Shown here piece by piece: positions 23,821 through 34,736 of a DNA stretch of 64,000 nt. The notes beneath the pieces are model-generated. The model was not told the origin of the DNA, ran no database searches, and saw nothing but the letters and a program-made list of their open reading frames with translations. Both the position numbers and the translations under genes were made by a program. Numbering within the stretch: position 1 is the stretch's first letter; each line of letters begins with the position of its first letter. The stretch spans positions 868,001 through 932,000 of the forward strand of contig CAJFCJ010000012.1 in NCBI GenBank assembly GCA_904063045.1, read 5' to 3'. The stretch comes from Dimorphilus gyrociliatus. Its lineage: Eukaryota; Animalia; Annelida.

Positions 23821-25859
23821 ATGTCAAATCATCAATATCTAGAGATAGAGGCTCGTAAATCGAGCTCCTTCTCTCCTAAAAAGCCAAGATTTTGGCAAAT
23901 ACAATTACACGATTGTGATGAAAAGTGCACAGTTACAAAAGGTTAAAACATATTAAATGAATTGCGATTTTTAACTTATCGATGTCTTCTTAATTCTATG
24001 TTATAGCTGGATTAATCGGTTATCCGGGAAGAACGTTTCCAACAAGACGTCATAAAAGTCACAGATCAGCACTCAAGTTCATAGAATCTTGCGTTTCTCG
24101 TCAAACAAGTCGTGGTTATGTTAAAAAAATCAGAAAAGCTATTAAATCTCATGAAAATAATAAAAAACAAACACTAAAGAGAGGAAGGCCATCAAAGAAA
24201 ATCACTGCTCCTGGAATAAATTCTAGGAAAGCAAAAACATCTGATAAAAATGAAGCAATTAAAAGATCAAGATCTCCTAAAAAAGTAAAAGTTGCTGACA
24301 CCGTCGCCAAGGCAACCCCTTCAAGGAAGAGAAAGGCGAATAGAAGTTTAAGCAACTCAAGAAATAAGAAAGTAGTTAGAGTCACTAGCCAACCAACTAA
24401 ACCTACGAAGAAAAATAGAAAACAGACAAATGCAGCTTCACCGAGATCAATACTGAAAAAGAAAGATACTCCACCGAAATTATCGAAGCAAGATACTCTT
24501 GATATTGACTCTGCATTAGAAGCAAAGGAAACGATGACAAAAAATAAAATAGTGCAGAGAATAGCAACACTTACAAAAACAGATTCTAAACCTTTCATTG
24601 CCAAAAGTCCTTCAATTCCTCAAAATATGGAAGCTCATACTTTATTAGAAATTCCATTGCCTGGTGGTCAATATAGTTCAGGTTTTGGATTGCATATTGA
24701 TGAGGATCGTATTCTATTTGGTGATGAAGAGGGAAGTATTATAGAACTTGATCATAGAGGAAATGTTATAAAAAGAAGTAAATTGGATCAAGGTGTCAGA
24801 TGTATTGTAAGAGATGGTGGTTTCGTTTATGCCGGAGGAAATGATGGAGGTTTATATGATTTGACAAATGGTCCACCGCGTTTAATGTGCAAAATAGAGG
24901 ACTTCGGAAAAGTCTATAGTTTAGATGTTAAACACGGAATTATTGCGGCCAGTGATGAAAACGGTTATGTTGCATTAGTTAATTATGAAGGAGAAATAAT
25001 GTGGAAAAAAATGGAATCAACTGACGGATGGATGGTTATTATGGACGATAATTTTATATATCATGGAACCATTGGTGCAGTCTCTAAAATGGAAAAGATG
25101 ACCGGAGACGAAATATGGAAGCAAGAAGGCCTATCTCCCGTAAACTACGGCGTAAAGAGGGAAGACAAAGTTTTGGTAGCGGCAGTTAATAGAGTAGTTC
25201 AAGTTGACACCGAAACTGGAAAGATACTCAATGAATATAAAGATAAAGGTGCCGATACCATCTATTGCTGTGACAAGGGAGATGGTCTTGTATTTGCAGG
25301 AAGCGATGATTGTGTTCTTGTATATGAGGAAGAAAGCGAAAAGTTACTGTACAATTTAAAGGTGAAGCACCGACCTTATTCCATCAAATACTATGGAGGT
25401 CGTCTCTATCTTATTGGAAAAGCAATGTTTACGATATTGAGTTTAACTAAGGAATCTATAGAGAGTATGTTAGAAAAAAGAGGCAAAAATAAATTTTCCT
25501 CAAAAAGAATTGAAAACATATTGAAAAATGTACCCCTTGTTGCTCCCCTTACTCGTGTTGAATCCATAAACACAGTCAAGGCCAAGGGTGGTATTATGCT
25601 GGAGTGCGTAAAAGATGGTGAAAAGTTACGGGTCAAACCAATTGGTCCATCATTTGAACGTAAGTTATCATTTATAGAAATTAATTTTATCAATTAATCA
25701 AACTAAATATATCCTATCAAAACAGCCGATTGGTACGTTATGTTTCCACAAAGCTTACGTGTAGAGGGAGCAAAATATATCGTTGATAAGCTTGAAGTTG
25801 CTGGCGAATCATCCCGTTTCTACCGAACAGTTGGAAGAATTCAAATGATTGAAGATTAA
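23821..25859 (+). CDS. WGR domain + basic H1-like linker + PQQ/WD-like beta-propeller + bacterial-type C-terminal domain, 635 aa; exons 23821-23941, 24007-25659, 25726-25859
   Basis: Three exons sum to 1908 nt in frame; WGR-like YLEIE...RFWQIQL...VTKAGLIGYPG...ALKFIE...SRGY; K/R-rich linker with KRGRPSK; propeller repeats; C-terminus LECVKDGEKLRVK...EPDWYVMFPQSLRVEGAKYIVD...FYRTVGRI; TATA-like gtatatataag at 23761. Confidence 0.85.
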
Positions 25860-26129
25860 CCACAAAAATCCTCAAAAATCTATTAGTCACTAATAAAGAG
25901 AAAACAGGATAAAAGTTAAAATTACTATAATCACGTGATATTGACAATGTAATTTACTGTATATAAGATATTTATTTTTTTCTTAAGATAAATATATACA
26001 AAGCAAAAGATTCAATCTCTTATTGTTAAAATATATAAAATCAATGTGAAACAACACTAATTCAAACAAAAGGGAATAAAAATAAAGAGTGAGAGATAAC
26101 AGAAGGATTAATTTGAAAAATAAACAATT

Positions 26130-26845
26130 TATCTTGGATAGATCTCCCCTCCCTCTTTTTATCTTCGATTATAGGAGATAAAATCGCGTAACTTTTCAAG
26201 TAGCTAGTTATAGGTAACTGAAGGAGCTGGTTGTGTTGTTTCTGTGAATAAAATACTCATATTAAAGATGAAAATGATACTTTCTTTTTTCTTGTTAATT
26301 TAGCCTTTTGTTAGAAATACCAATTTGACAAACAAACTTTTTTGTCCTCTTCGCGGTCTTTTGATTGTAGCAATTGTGTTAATTACTATTGGTGCTAAAT
26401 TGATATATTTGTACTCTAAACTTTCGTTTTTGACCCAATTTGGTATTTTTTTCTGTACTTATTAGCTCTGGCTTCTTAGATAACTGATTATTAATGGGTT
26501 AGTCGGATTGTCAACAGTTTAAAAGGCTAGAAGAGGTCGTCTGTATCTGGTTTTCCACATAAAGGTATATTCAATTAAGCAATTAAGCCATATTGCTTTA
26601 TATACAATTTTTAGATAAATAGGATACCATAATATTTTATATGGTAATTCAAGTGTCGCCATCTACTCAAGATTGAGTAAGTAGCTATCGAATGAGCATG
26701 CTAAAAAGAGAGTAACGGTGCTCTTGATCAGTCGTTTTCTTTTGAAAAAAGTCGCGCCCGTTTTTGTGTCCTTCACCTCCAACGAACTTATTATGAACCA
26801 ATTACAGAAAGTTATAAAGTCGCGATTGTAGCGCAAATTCGCCAT
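26130..26845 (-). CDS. Possible small multi-exon gene divergent from RAD21, unidentified
   Basis: aattATGGCG start at 26845, open protein-like segments (LSKKPELISTEKIPNWVKNESLEYKYINLAPIVINTIATIKDREEDKK) with splice-like boundaries; no consistent full model. Confidence 0.25.
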
Positions 26846-27020
26846 AATTTAACCAAAATTTTGTAGAAGACTGATATAATTTATAAGTAATATAATATAT
26901 TTAAATAATTATAATGGGATACGGAATAGATAAAGCTATCTCGTAATATTTAAGCGATTGGGTCATATAGTGCCATCTAGTGGAATCATGATTTAATCTT
27001 GCACGCGCTGAGCGCGTTAC

Positions 27021-27029
27021 CGCCATTTT
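27021..27029 (+). promoter_or_regulatory. YY1-like motif near RAD21 non-coding first exon
   Basis: CGCCATTTT in a GC-richer patch preceding a CAG|GTAAAA donor at ~27084; similar AAGATGGCG at 56810 before PYCR. Confidence 0.35.
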
Positions 27030-27253
27030 GATGCTTGGTTTTTTTATGCGGCAACTGATCGTTTTCTGGGATTTTCCAATCAGGTAAAAACATAAACAAC
27101 CGATCTTTTTCTCATCATTTGTATAATTGAATTAGAATTTAATCTGGAATATTCTTGAAACCGATTTCAGTATTTAAACTGATAAAATTACTGTATTATG
27201 GTTCCAATTTATTATTTGTTATCGACAGATTGTAAACAACCAGTTAAATCGGG

Positions 27254-29440
27254 ATGTTTTATGCACATTTCGTATTAAGCAAAAAAGGGCCACTAGCCAA
27301 AGTTTGGTTAGCGGCCCATTGGGATAAGAAATTAACTAAAGCTCATGTTTTTGAAACGAATATCAACAACAGTGTTCAAGCTATCTTACAACCAAAGGTA
27401 TGTTGAAATATTTTTATTTACGACATACCAACAATATGGGATCATTAATTTTTTTCAGGTTAAAATGGCTTTACGTACATCAGGACACTTGCTTCTTGGT
27501 GTAGTAAGAATATACTCAAGAAAAGCAAAATATTTACTAGCTGATTGCAATGAAGCTTTTGTTAAAATTAAAATGGCCTTCCGTCCTGGAATGGTTGATC
27601 TACCCAGTGGACAACAGCAAGCCTCTGTTGCAGCAATTACTCTTCCAGAAACTTTTCATGATTTTGAATCCACTATGGCAGATTTAGCGTAAGTTATTCG
27701 AAAGTTTAAAAAGGAAAGTATTTTTAATGGGCCACATATTCATTCCTTTAGCGATTTCGACGTCCAAGCCCAACTTTCAGTTAATCAAAGTAAACCCGAA
27801 GATATTACAATGAAAGAAGATTTAGGGACGATCTCATTTAACGAATTTGGAGGAGGTGATATGGAATTTGATGACAGTCAAATGTTACGAGAAGATTTCG
27901 ATGAAAATTTCCTGCAACCCTATTCATCTGATGCCGACAAAATGGATATAGGTGGAGCAGGTGCTGATGATGATCTAGGGCAATATATTGGTAATTAAAG
28001 GAATTTCTCTCATATCTCGGATATATATTATGTCATTTTATGATTTTCTAGGTGATGATGACCCATGTCCAGCTGACGACTTGTCATCAGACGATGATAA
28101 CAACGACGATCTTGGTAATATAGAACACGCAGATTTAATTGGAGCAGATGGCAGTGGTTTTATGACCCACGAAACTGGCAACATTTTTGAAGATCCTGCG
28201 CCACCCTCTGAGCCTCCAAAAGATTTTGACATGACTACCGGTGCACCGAAAGACACAACTGTTAATCAACCAAACGTAACGGCAATGACAGACAGAAGTG
28301 CTGTCCCTGATCAAACTACCCTTGTTACAAATGATAGAGAAGCGTTTGCTTTAGAGCCGTTAGATGTCACGAGTGTCCATGGTTAGTAAAGTTTATAATT
28401 TTGTTTTTCAATTATTATAACTTTTCGATTTAGGTGGAGTTGAAAGGCGAACAAAGAGAAAACGACGTCTAATCGTTGATGAACAAAAAGGAATCTCATC
28501 TGAAACCATGAAACTACAACTCTCCGATACCGGGGATATTTCTACATCTCTTGATTTGGCTCCTCCAACAAAACGCCTTATGTTATGGAAAGAAACTGGG
28601 GGTGTTGAAAAATTGTTTGCCTTGTCGGCTGATCCAATTTGTTCAAAAACTATAAATCAAGTAATTGCTATTTAAAGTTTAATTATTTAATTTAATAATT
28701 TAAAACTATTTCTTTACAGCATTTTATCAACAGTATGGTCACCAGAGCAATTGGTGATGATGACGATGATATTCGCAACGAATTACAAGTTCCAGGTGGT
28801 TTTGGAGACATAGAAACAGCTAGAAATAGAGCCTCAGTCCGTTCATCAGTCAACGACAGGAGTTTAGCAGATGTGGAAAGAGTCAGACATGATTCCTCAG
28901 TTTTGTCGGTTCCAAATATTGATCAAGATTCAACCCTTCAAAGATCAAGAGAAGACGAATCTTTGGCACATATTTCAGATTTGCCTCTGATAAACGACAC
29001 ATTACCTCCCGACGTTGATATTAACCCAGCTAGTGTGGGTACAGTGGAAGATATATTTGATATGGCTTTGGACAGCGTTGCTCCACCAAGTGTTGGTGGA
29101 GATTCAATAGGTGGAGAAGAAAATGAAGAGGAACAAGAAGAAAGACGTTGGGGCAAGAGAACACATCAGTTAATTCGAATGATTGATTCTAAAATGGATT
29201 ACTCCGAAAAGTTATCGTTTAGTTCATTGCTGCTAAAGAACAATAGAAAACAGGTTAGTTTTTTTGATATTTTATAAAAGCAAATCATTAAATGTATCTT
29301 CTATTTTAAAGGTGGCTTCAAAATTCTACACTCTATTGGTTCTAAAGAAGAATCAAGCTATAAATATTGAACAGGATACACCTTTTGGTGAATTAATAAT
29401 ATCCAGAGGACAAAATTTCCAATCTTGCATGACAGCTTAA
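27254..29440 (+). CDS. RAD21: Cohesin kleisin subunit RAD21 (multi-exon)
   Basis: [35 protein letters not shown]; [43 protein letters not shown]; [10 protein letters not shown]; C-terminal [18 protein letters not shown]...[10 protein letters not shown]. Confidence 0.97.
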
Positions 29441-29733
29441 ATATTTTCCAAGCTGATAATGCCAAATTGTTTTGGTTTTAAAAGTAAATATATATATATA
29501 TGTACATGTTTTTATTCGTTCTAGTTAGAAAAATTTGCATGTTTGGCGACGATTCAGCCTACATTGTGCTTTTATGTAAATAATTCTTTTTATTAGATAG
29601 TTGATACATTTCACTACGTTTATAATGTTTGTTATGCTTATTTATTTGGCTTATATTTGAAAAACTTTCTGAAACTGTTATTTGTAAATTTCCATTTATC
29701 ATACACGAAACATGTGATTTTTATCGTAAAAAA

Positions 29734-30282
29734 TTAATAAACGTGAACCATGCCGTACAAAAAAGTCCAGAATAGTACATAGGTCTGAAAACAAAAATGA
29801 TCGTTAAGGAGAATATTTAAATGTTAATTAAGCAACTATTTAGATTTGGCTAATATTTTTTTAAAGGATACGAATAATCCACCAAATAGTCCGTTAGTTA
29901 GAATTGTCCATTTGCTAATGAAATATCGATTCCAGTCAGAACCAATCTTTATCCATAGAATGATCTGTAATCCATTAAATGATGGTATGTAGACAAAAAT
30001 TTTAGAGCCTATTAACGCAATTTATACTTACACTTAGAGCCAAAGAGGCTATGAAATAGAAAATAAACCCATATAACCCTGTTAAGCCTAAGATTCCCGC
30101 TGCACCGCCTGAGAGAGCAGACATGGATGTCCTAGAATACTCCAGTATAGCACTATTATTCCTTATAGAGAGTTCATTATATAAAATATCTACAAATATA
30201 ATTGTTATAATTACATTACATTACTAGTTTGATATAGTTTTCAACCTTTTTTTTGGTTTTTATCATCACCTTCGGACGCCAT
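29734..30282 (-). CDS. EMC6: ER membrane protein complex subunit 6 (four exons; missed by ORF track)
   Basis: Spliced translation [65 protein letters not shown]|[15 protein letters not shown]...GLFGGLF|[16 protein letters not shown] matches EMC6 hallmark segments. Confidence 0.97.
29785..29871 (-). other. U12-type (minor spliceosome) GT-AG intron in EMC6
   Basis: Donor GTATCCTTT and branch site TCCTTAAC 18 nt before the AG, both matching U12 consensus. Confidence 0.85.
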
Positions 30283-30456
30283 TTTAAGATTCCACTAATC
30301 TGGAATAGTGTTCCGCACTAAATATTAATCAGTAAATTCATTCAAGGGCTCGCAGTACAGTCAGCTGCCAAGATGGGGATAGATTTTTCTTTCGTCTGTT
30401 CAAGATATATTCAGGAAATAGTTTTACATCTGGACTCATAAATTAAACATCTCATC

Positions 30457-32860
30457 ATGCATAAATCTCTGACTATTCCGTGTGATCAACTGACTCAAAG
30501 AGGTTGGTAAAGCATAAAGAAATTACTCATTTCTTCATCTTTGCTTTTATCAGGTGGAAACTCGGGGGAACTTTTCGATCAATTAAAGTTAGTTATGTTA
30601 AACTTTTATTCTTAAATACATATGGGTACTTAGTCCAACTATAAATAGCAAAGTCATCAGTATTTATATCAATAAATAGTTTTGGATTTGTGTATAAAAG
30701 ATTATTCAAATTTGGTCTATTTCTAATTGAAAATTTAAATTCTTGATTCATACTGAATAGTTGTGATTAAATTTTGTGCTTAATTTTTAAGGGGAGAGGC
30801 ATTTTGTAAGAAAGAGAAAACGAAATCTTCTTCCTTTGAACACTCAGTTGACATGATGAGAAAAATGTTTGATTATGCGTGCAATTCAAAATTATGTGAT
30901 GTTATACTCGTAGCTGGAGACAAAAAAATTGGCGCTCATAAATTAGTTTTGTCAGTTGCAAGCGATTATTTTAGTGCAATGTTCAGTGGGAAAATGCAAG
31001 AATCAATTGCAAGTGAAGTACTTATCAGAAAATTCTCGTTTATTCAAATATTTACTTATATGTTATAATTTAATTCTTTTAATAAGGTTACCCTTGAAAA
31101 TGTTGATCCAAATGCCCTATTCTCTCTCATCCGTTTTATTTATACCGGTAATTTATTTCATTTAACTGATTAACTATTCTAATTCGACAATTTATATTTG
31201 AATATTTCAGGTGTATTAGAAATAAAAGAAGATAACGTTGAATCTCTACTCGCTACGGCATGCATGCTGCAATTGGATAAAGTTAGGGATTATTGTTGTA
31301 GCTTTTTAATGAAAGAACTGCACCTGTCCAATTGTATCGGCATTCGTAAATTTGCCTCCCTCCACTCATGCACCGAATTATTCGAGGCTGCAACTAATTT
31401 TTTTATGGTACTTATATTTTATGCAACTGTCAGAAAACTGTTAGTTTTATTCATTTAATATCCCACAGGATCATTTTACTAATGTTGTACATCATGAGGA
31501 ATTCTTTACTTTAGACGTAGAGGATTTCGGGCAGATTCTTGCCTCGGATGATTTAAATGTTAACTCGGAAGAAGAAGTTTTTGATATTTTAGTTAAATGG
31601 ATTCAATATGATGAAGCGGAAAGAAAACAACACGTTCCATATTTATTACATTTTTTGAGATTACCGCTTTTGAATCCAAATTTTCTAGTTGATCACGTCC
31701 AATCGCATGGTCTGGTCTCAAACAACAGCGAATGTTCCAAACTTTTTGTTGAAGCTCTCAAATATCATTTATTAGCAGAGAGAAGGCAATCATTACAAGT
31801 AAATAAATAGAATTTTCTTTTTGGCGCTTTCATTCTATTTTCTATTTTTTTCTTTATTTCTAAAGAATTCCAGAACGAAACCGAGAAAGTCAACAGTTGG
31901 TCATTTATATACTGTTGGTGGAACTGATCCTAATAGTGGCTGTACTACTATTGAAAAATACCAACTACGATGTGACAAATGGGAAGTTGTTGCTAAAATG
32001 TCTGGTAGAAGATTACAATTCGGTGTAGCTGTTCTGGATAATAAATTATACGTTGTTGGAGGTAGAGATGGTTTGAAGACAATGAACACAGTCGAATGTT
32101 TGGACCCGTTGAGCAATCTATGGTCTTTCATGCCATCTATGAATACTCACAGACATGGATTGGGTTAGTTCAATTTTCGAATCAAGTACTAGTATATTCT
32201 TTTGTTATATTACTAATTAATTATTTTTCAGGTGTTGCTGAATTAAATGGTCCTTTGTATGCGGTTGGCGGACATGATGGTTGGTCCTACTTGAACACAG
32301 TTGAAAGATGGGACCCAAGCGCTCGAAGTTGGAACTATGTTTCACCCATGACAACTTCAAGGAGTTGCGCTGGTGTAGCTGTGCTAGATTCCAGATTATA
32401 TGTCGTTGGAGGACGAGATGGATCATCTTGCTTAAAGTCAATGGAGTGCTTTGATCCGCACACCAATAGATGGACAGTTTGTGCCCCAATGAATAAAAGG
32501 AGAGGAGGTATAGGGGTGGCAACTTTAAATATGTTTTTATATGCTGTTGGAGGGCATGGTGCACCATCTAATGATCCATTATCTACTAAATTAGATTTAG
32601 CAGAGAGATACGACCCGAAAACAGATACTTGGACAACTATTGCTCCTATATCTTCGGGTAGAGATGCTGTTGGTGCTTGTGTTTTAGCCAGTAAATTGTA
32701 TGTAGTTGGTGGGTTTGATTGTCAGTATTTAGATATCGTTGAACGGTACGATCCGGAGACAGATGAATGGGAAAAAGTTTGTAATTTGAAGCAGGCTAGG
32801 GCTGGGGCTTGCTTGGTGCATGTTCCAAATACAAATAGCCTGCAAATTGATAGCTTGTGA
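30457..32860 (+). CDS. KLHL5: Kelch-like BTB-BACK-Kelch protein, KLHL1/4/5 group (multi-exon)
   Basis: [21 protein letters not shown] (BTB); KPRKSTVG...[31 protein letters not shown]; [20 protein letters not shown]; ends DSL-TGA at 32858-32860. Start at 30457 inferred from in-frame splicing. Confidence 0.93.
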
Positions 32861-33250
32861 CAAGTACAGCCTCACACGATAAATATAGCAGAAAATATTT
32901 GTCATATTTGCTCATCATTAAAATTACCTATCTTTCAACAACAATCTCATTCATGTGTCAACAATCTTTATCGTGATAGGTCGTCAAGAAATAATCAAAA
33001 CATACAAAGCACCTTAATAGAATCACAAGACAACTTGGGTAAAGATCCTAAGAACAAAAGACAAATGGTCAATTCCATGAACAATTTCACCCAAACTTTC
33101 AAAAGCGACAATGCGCTTGAACCAATTTGGTTAAAGCCTAGGCCACTACCTCCACCTCCACAAAAACACAAATGCACGAGAAAGATAAAAATATTTTTTT
33201 CGCAATGTAAACTAACGAGACAGCATGAAAATAAAAAGCTAAGTGATTAA
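32861..33250 (+). CDS. Candidate 129-aa stop-codon readthrough extension of KLHL5
   Basis: Frame after TGA stays open (QVQPHTINIAENICHIC...KPRPLPPPPQKHKC...KKLSD*) to TAA 33248-33250; ORF-track entry 33035..33250 is its 3' part in the same frame. Confidence 0.7.
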   Translation, partial: QVQPHTINIAENICHICSSLKLPIFQQQSHSCVNNLYRDRSSRNNQNIQSTLIESQDNLGKDPKNKRQMVNSMNNFTQTFKSDNALEPIWLKPRPLPPPPQKHKCTRKIKIFFSQCKLTRQHENKKLSD

Positions 33251-33266
33251 TGGTATCGTGTGAGGC
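32869..33266. repeat. 13-bp perfect inverted repeat (32869-32881 / 33254-33266), imperfectly extendable to ~21 bp
   Basis: gcctcacacgata and tatcgtgtgaggc are exact reverse complements; flanks caagtaca / ctatactag pair partially. Confidence 0.9.
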
Positions 33267-34736
33267 CTATACTAGTTAATAATATAAAGTTAAGTTTATT
33301 ATGTCACAATGATAATTTATCACGAGAAACATACAAATTCCAATGTGAAAAGATGTTTACAATCATAATTGCTTTATACGTTAATAAATATTCCAAGTTG
33401 GTTTTGTAAGATAATTTATTCTTTCAATATTTATAATACATTTAAGTATCTTGTATGATATGTCTCATTTTAGTATACTTTTTAATTATATAATTTTCTA
33501 AACTTGCAGAAAGGAAATCTGTGCTAAACACTGGAATTTACAGTTTTAGAGATTTCCTATAAATTTTCATATTCGATTTTCTCTATTTTGAGAATGAAGT
33601 TAATTATGGCATTTTCCTGCATGCTAACAAAGAAAACGTCATTTAATGAATCTCAATCTAAATAAAACTGTATGGGGAAAAGAAGTCTAATGAACATTAC
33701 CTGCTTCAAGTCACTCAATCGTGCAGACTTTACAATAGTGACACAGTATCAAAAGAATAACTTAAAGCCTCTATTCATTACATCGCTTAAATATATCACT
33801 TGGGTACTCTAATATACTCTTTCTAAAATTTTTGTTAAAGTAAAGCTTCAAAATGAACTTTTCCATTTTGAAATATTGTTGAAAAACCGACTTATCAGTT
33901 GTAAAATGACTTTTAGATTGCTTTTACGATGTTATTCTTTGTTTAATGAGAGGAAGTTATTTTTACGTGTTAGTGATATTGATTTTGCGTTATCAGTGAT
34001 CTCTAAAAACAAAGTTTGCATTAATTTGAATACTTTCGTTCAAAGAAATTCTATATGCTAAATAACTTTAATTATATGAAGTTAGCGAAAGAGATACAAT
34101 TTTCATTAAATTAAACTTTGAATATGAAATTTTCGTTGGGACTTTTATGCGAAAGCGGAAGCTAGTTCAACGGAAGTAGAGGTGCGGAGATAAAATAAAT
34201 TGGTAAAAGATATACAATGATTATGCATTTTTCATGGAAATGTCATGTATGCTATAAAAAAAGTGACATATAACTGTTCCAATTTTAATACAATTACGCT
34301 AGGGTTACCAAGATAGTTCTTTGTTTCGAAGGATTAATTTGTTAAACCTCTGCTCATTGGCTACTTCGTTGACAAAAAAGTCAATATTTTTACAACAAAT
34401 ATTAATTTTTTTGTTAAATCTCTCATATAATAAAGAATTTATTTATAAAGTAAAGAAAATTACATAAATTAGCAGTCTTTTCAACGCCATTTGTTCTAGA
34501 TTTTTCCAATCGAACGCCACGGCATTCTACTTCCGCTGCATATTTAAACCAATCAGCTACTGCCTAATATAATATTTACTCTTTAAGCAGACGACAAGAC
34601 GGTTTCACCGAATTGTAAAACGTGCTTTTTAAAAGGTAATATTAACTGAATTATGAATTTTTTTAAAGTATACTAGTTTATGAATAATATTATAAGATAG
34701 ATCTTAATTAATTTGCCCTCTTAAAACAGAAACGAA

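Noticed and set aside
24149-24604. 151-aa minus-strand hydrophobic ORF, and antisense ORFs at 25406-25693, 28038-28256, 28938-29156, 31901-32131, 36815-37021
   Set aside because: Antisense shadows of real plus-strand coding exons.
30277-30285. YY1-like CGCCATTTT upstream of KLHL5
   Set aside because: It is the reverse complement of the EMC6 start (aaaATGGCG).
34171-34535. 10-bp inverted repeat cggaagtaga/tctacttccg and CCAAT-N6-CCACG upstream of calnexin
   Set aside because: Best explained as ordinary ETS-type promoter sites; the spacer is 6 nt rather than the 9 nt of a canonical ERSE, so I do not call a UPR element.
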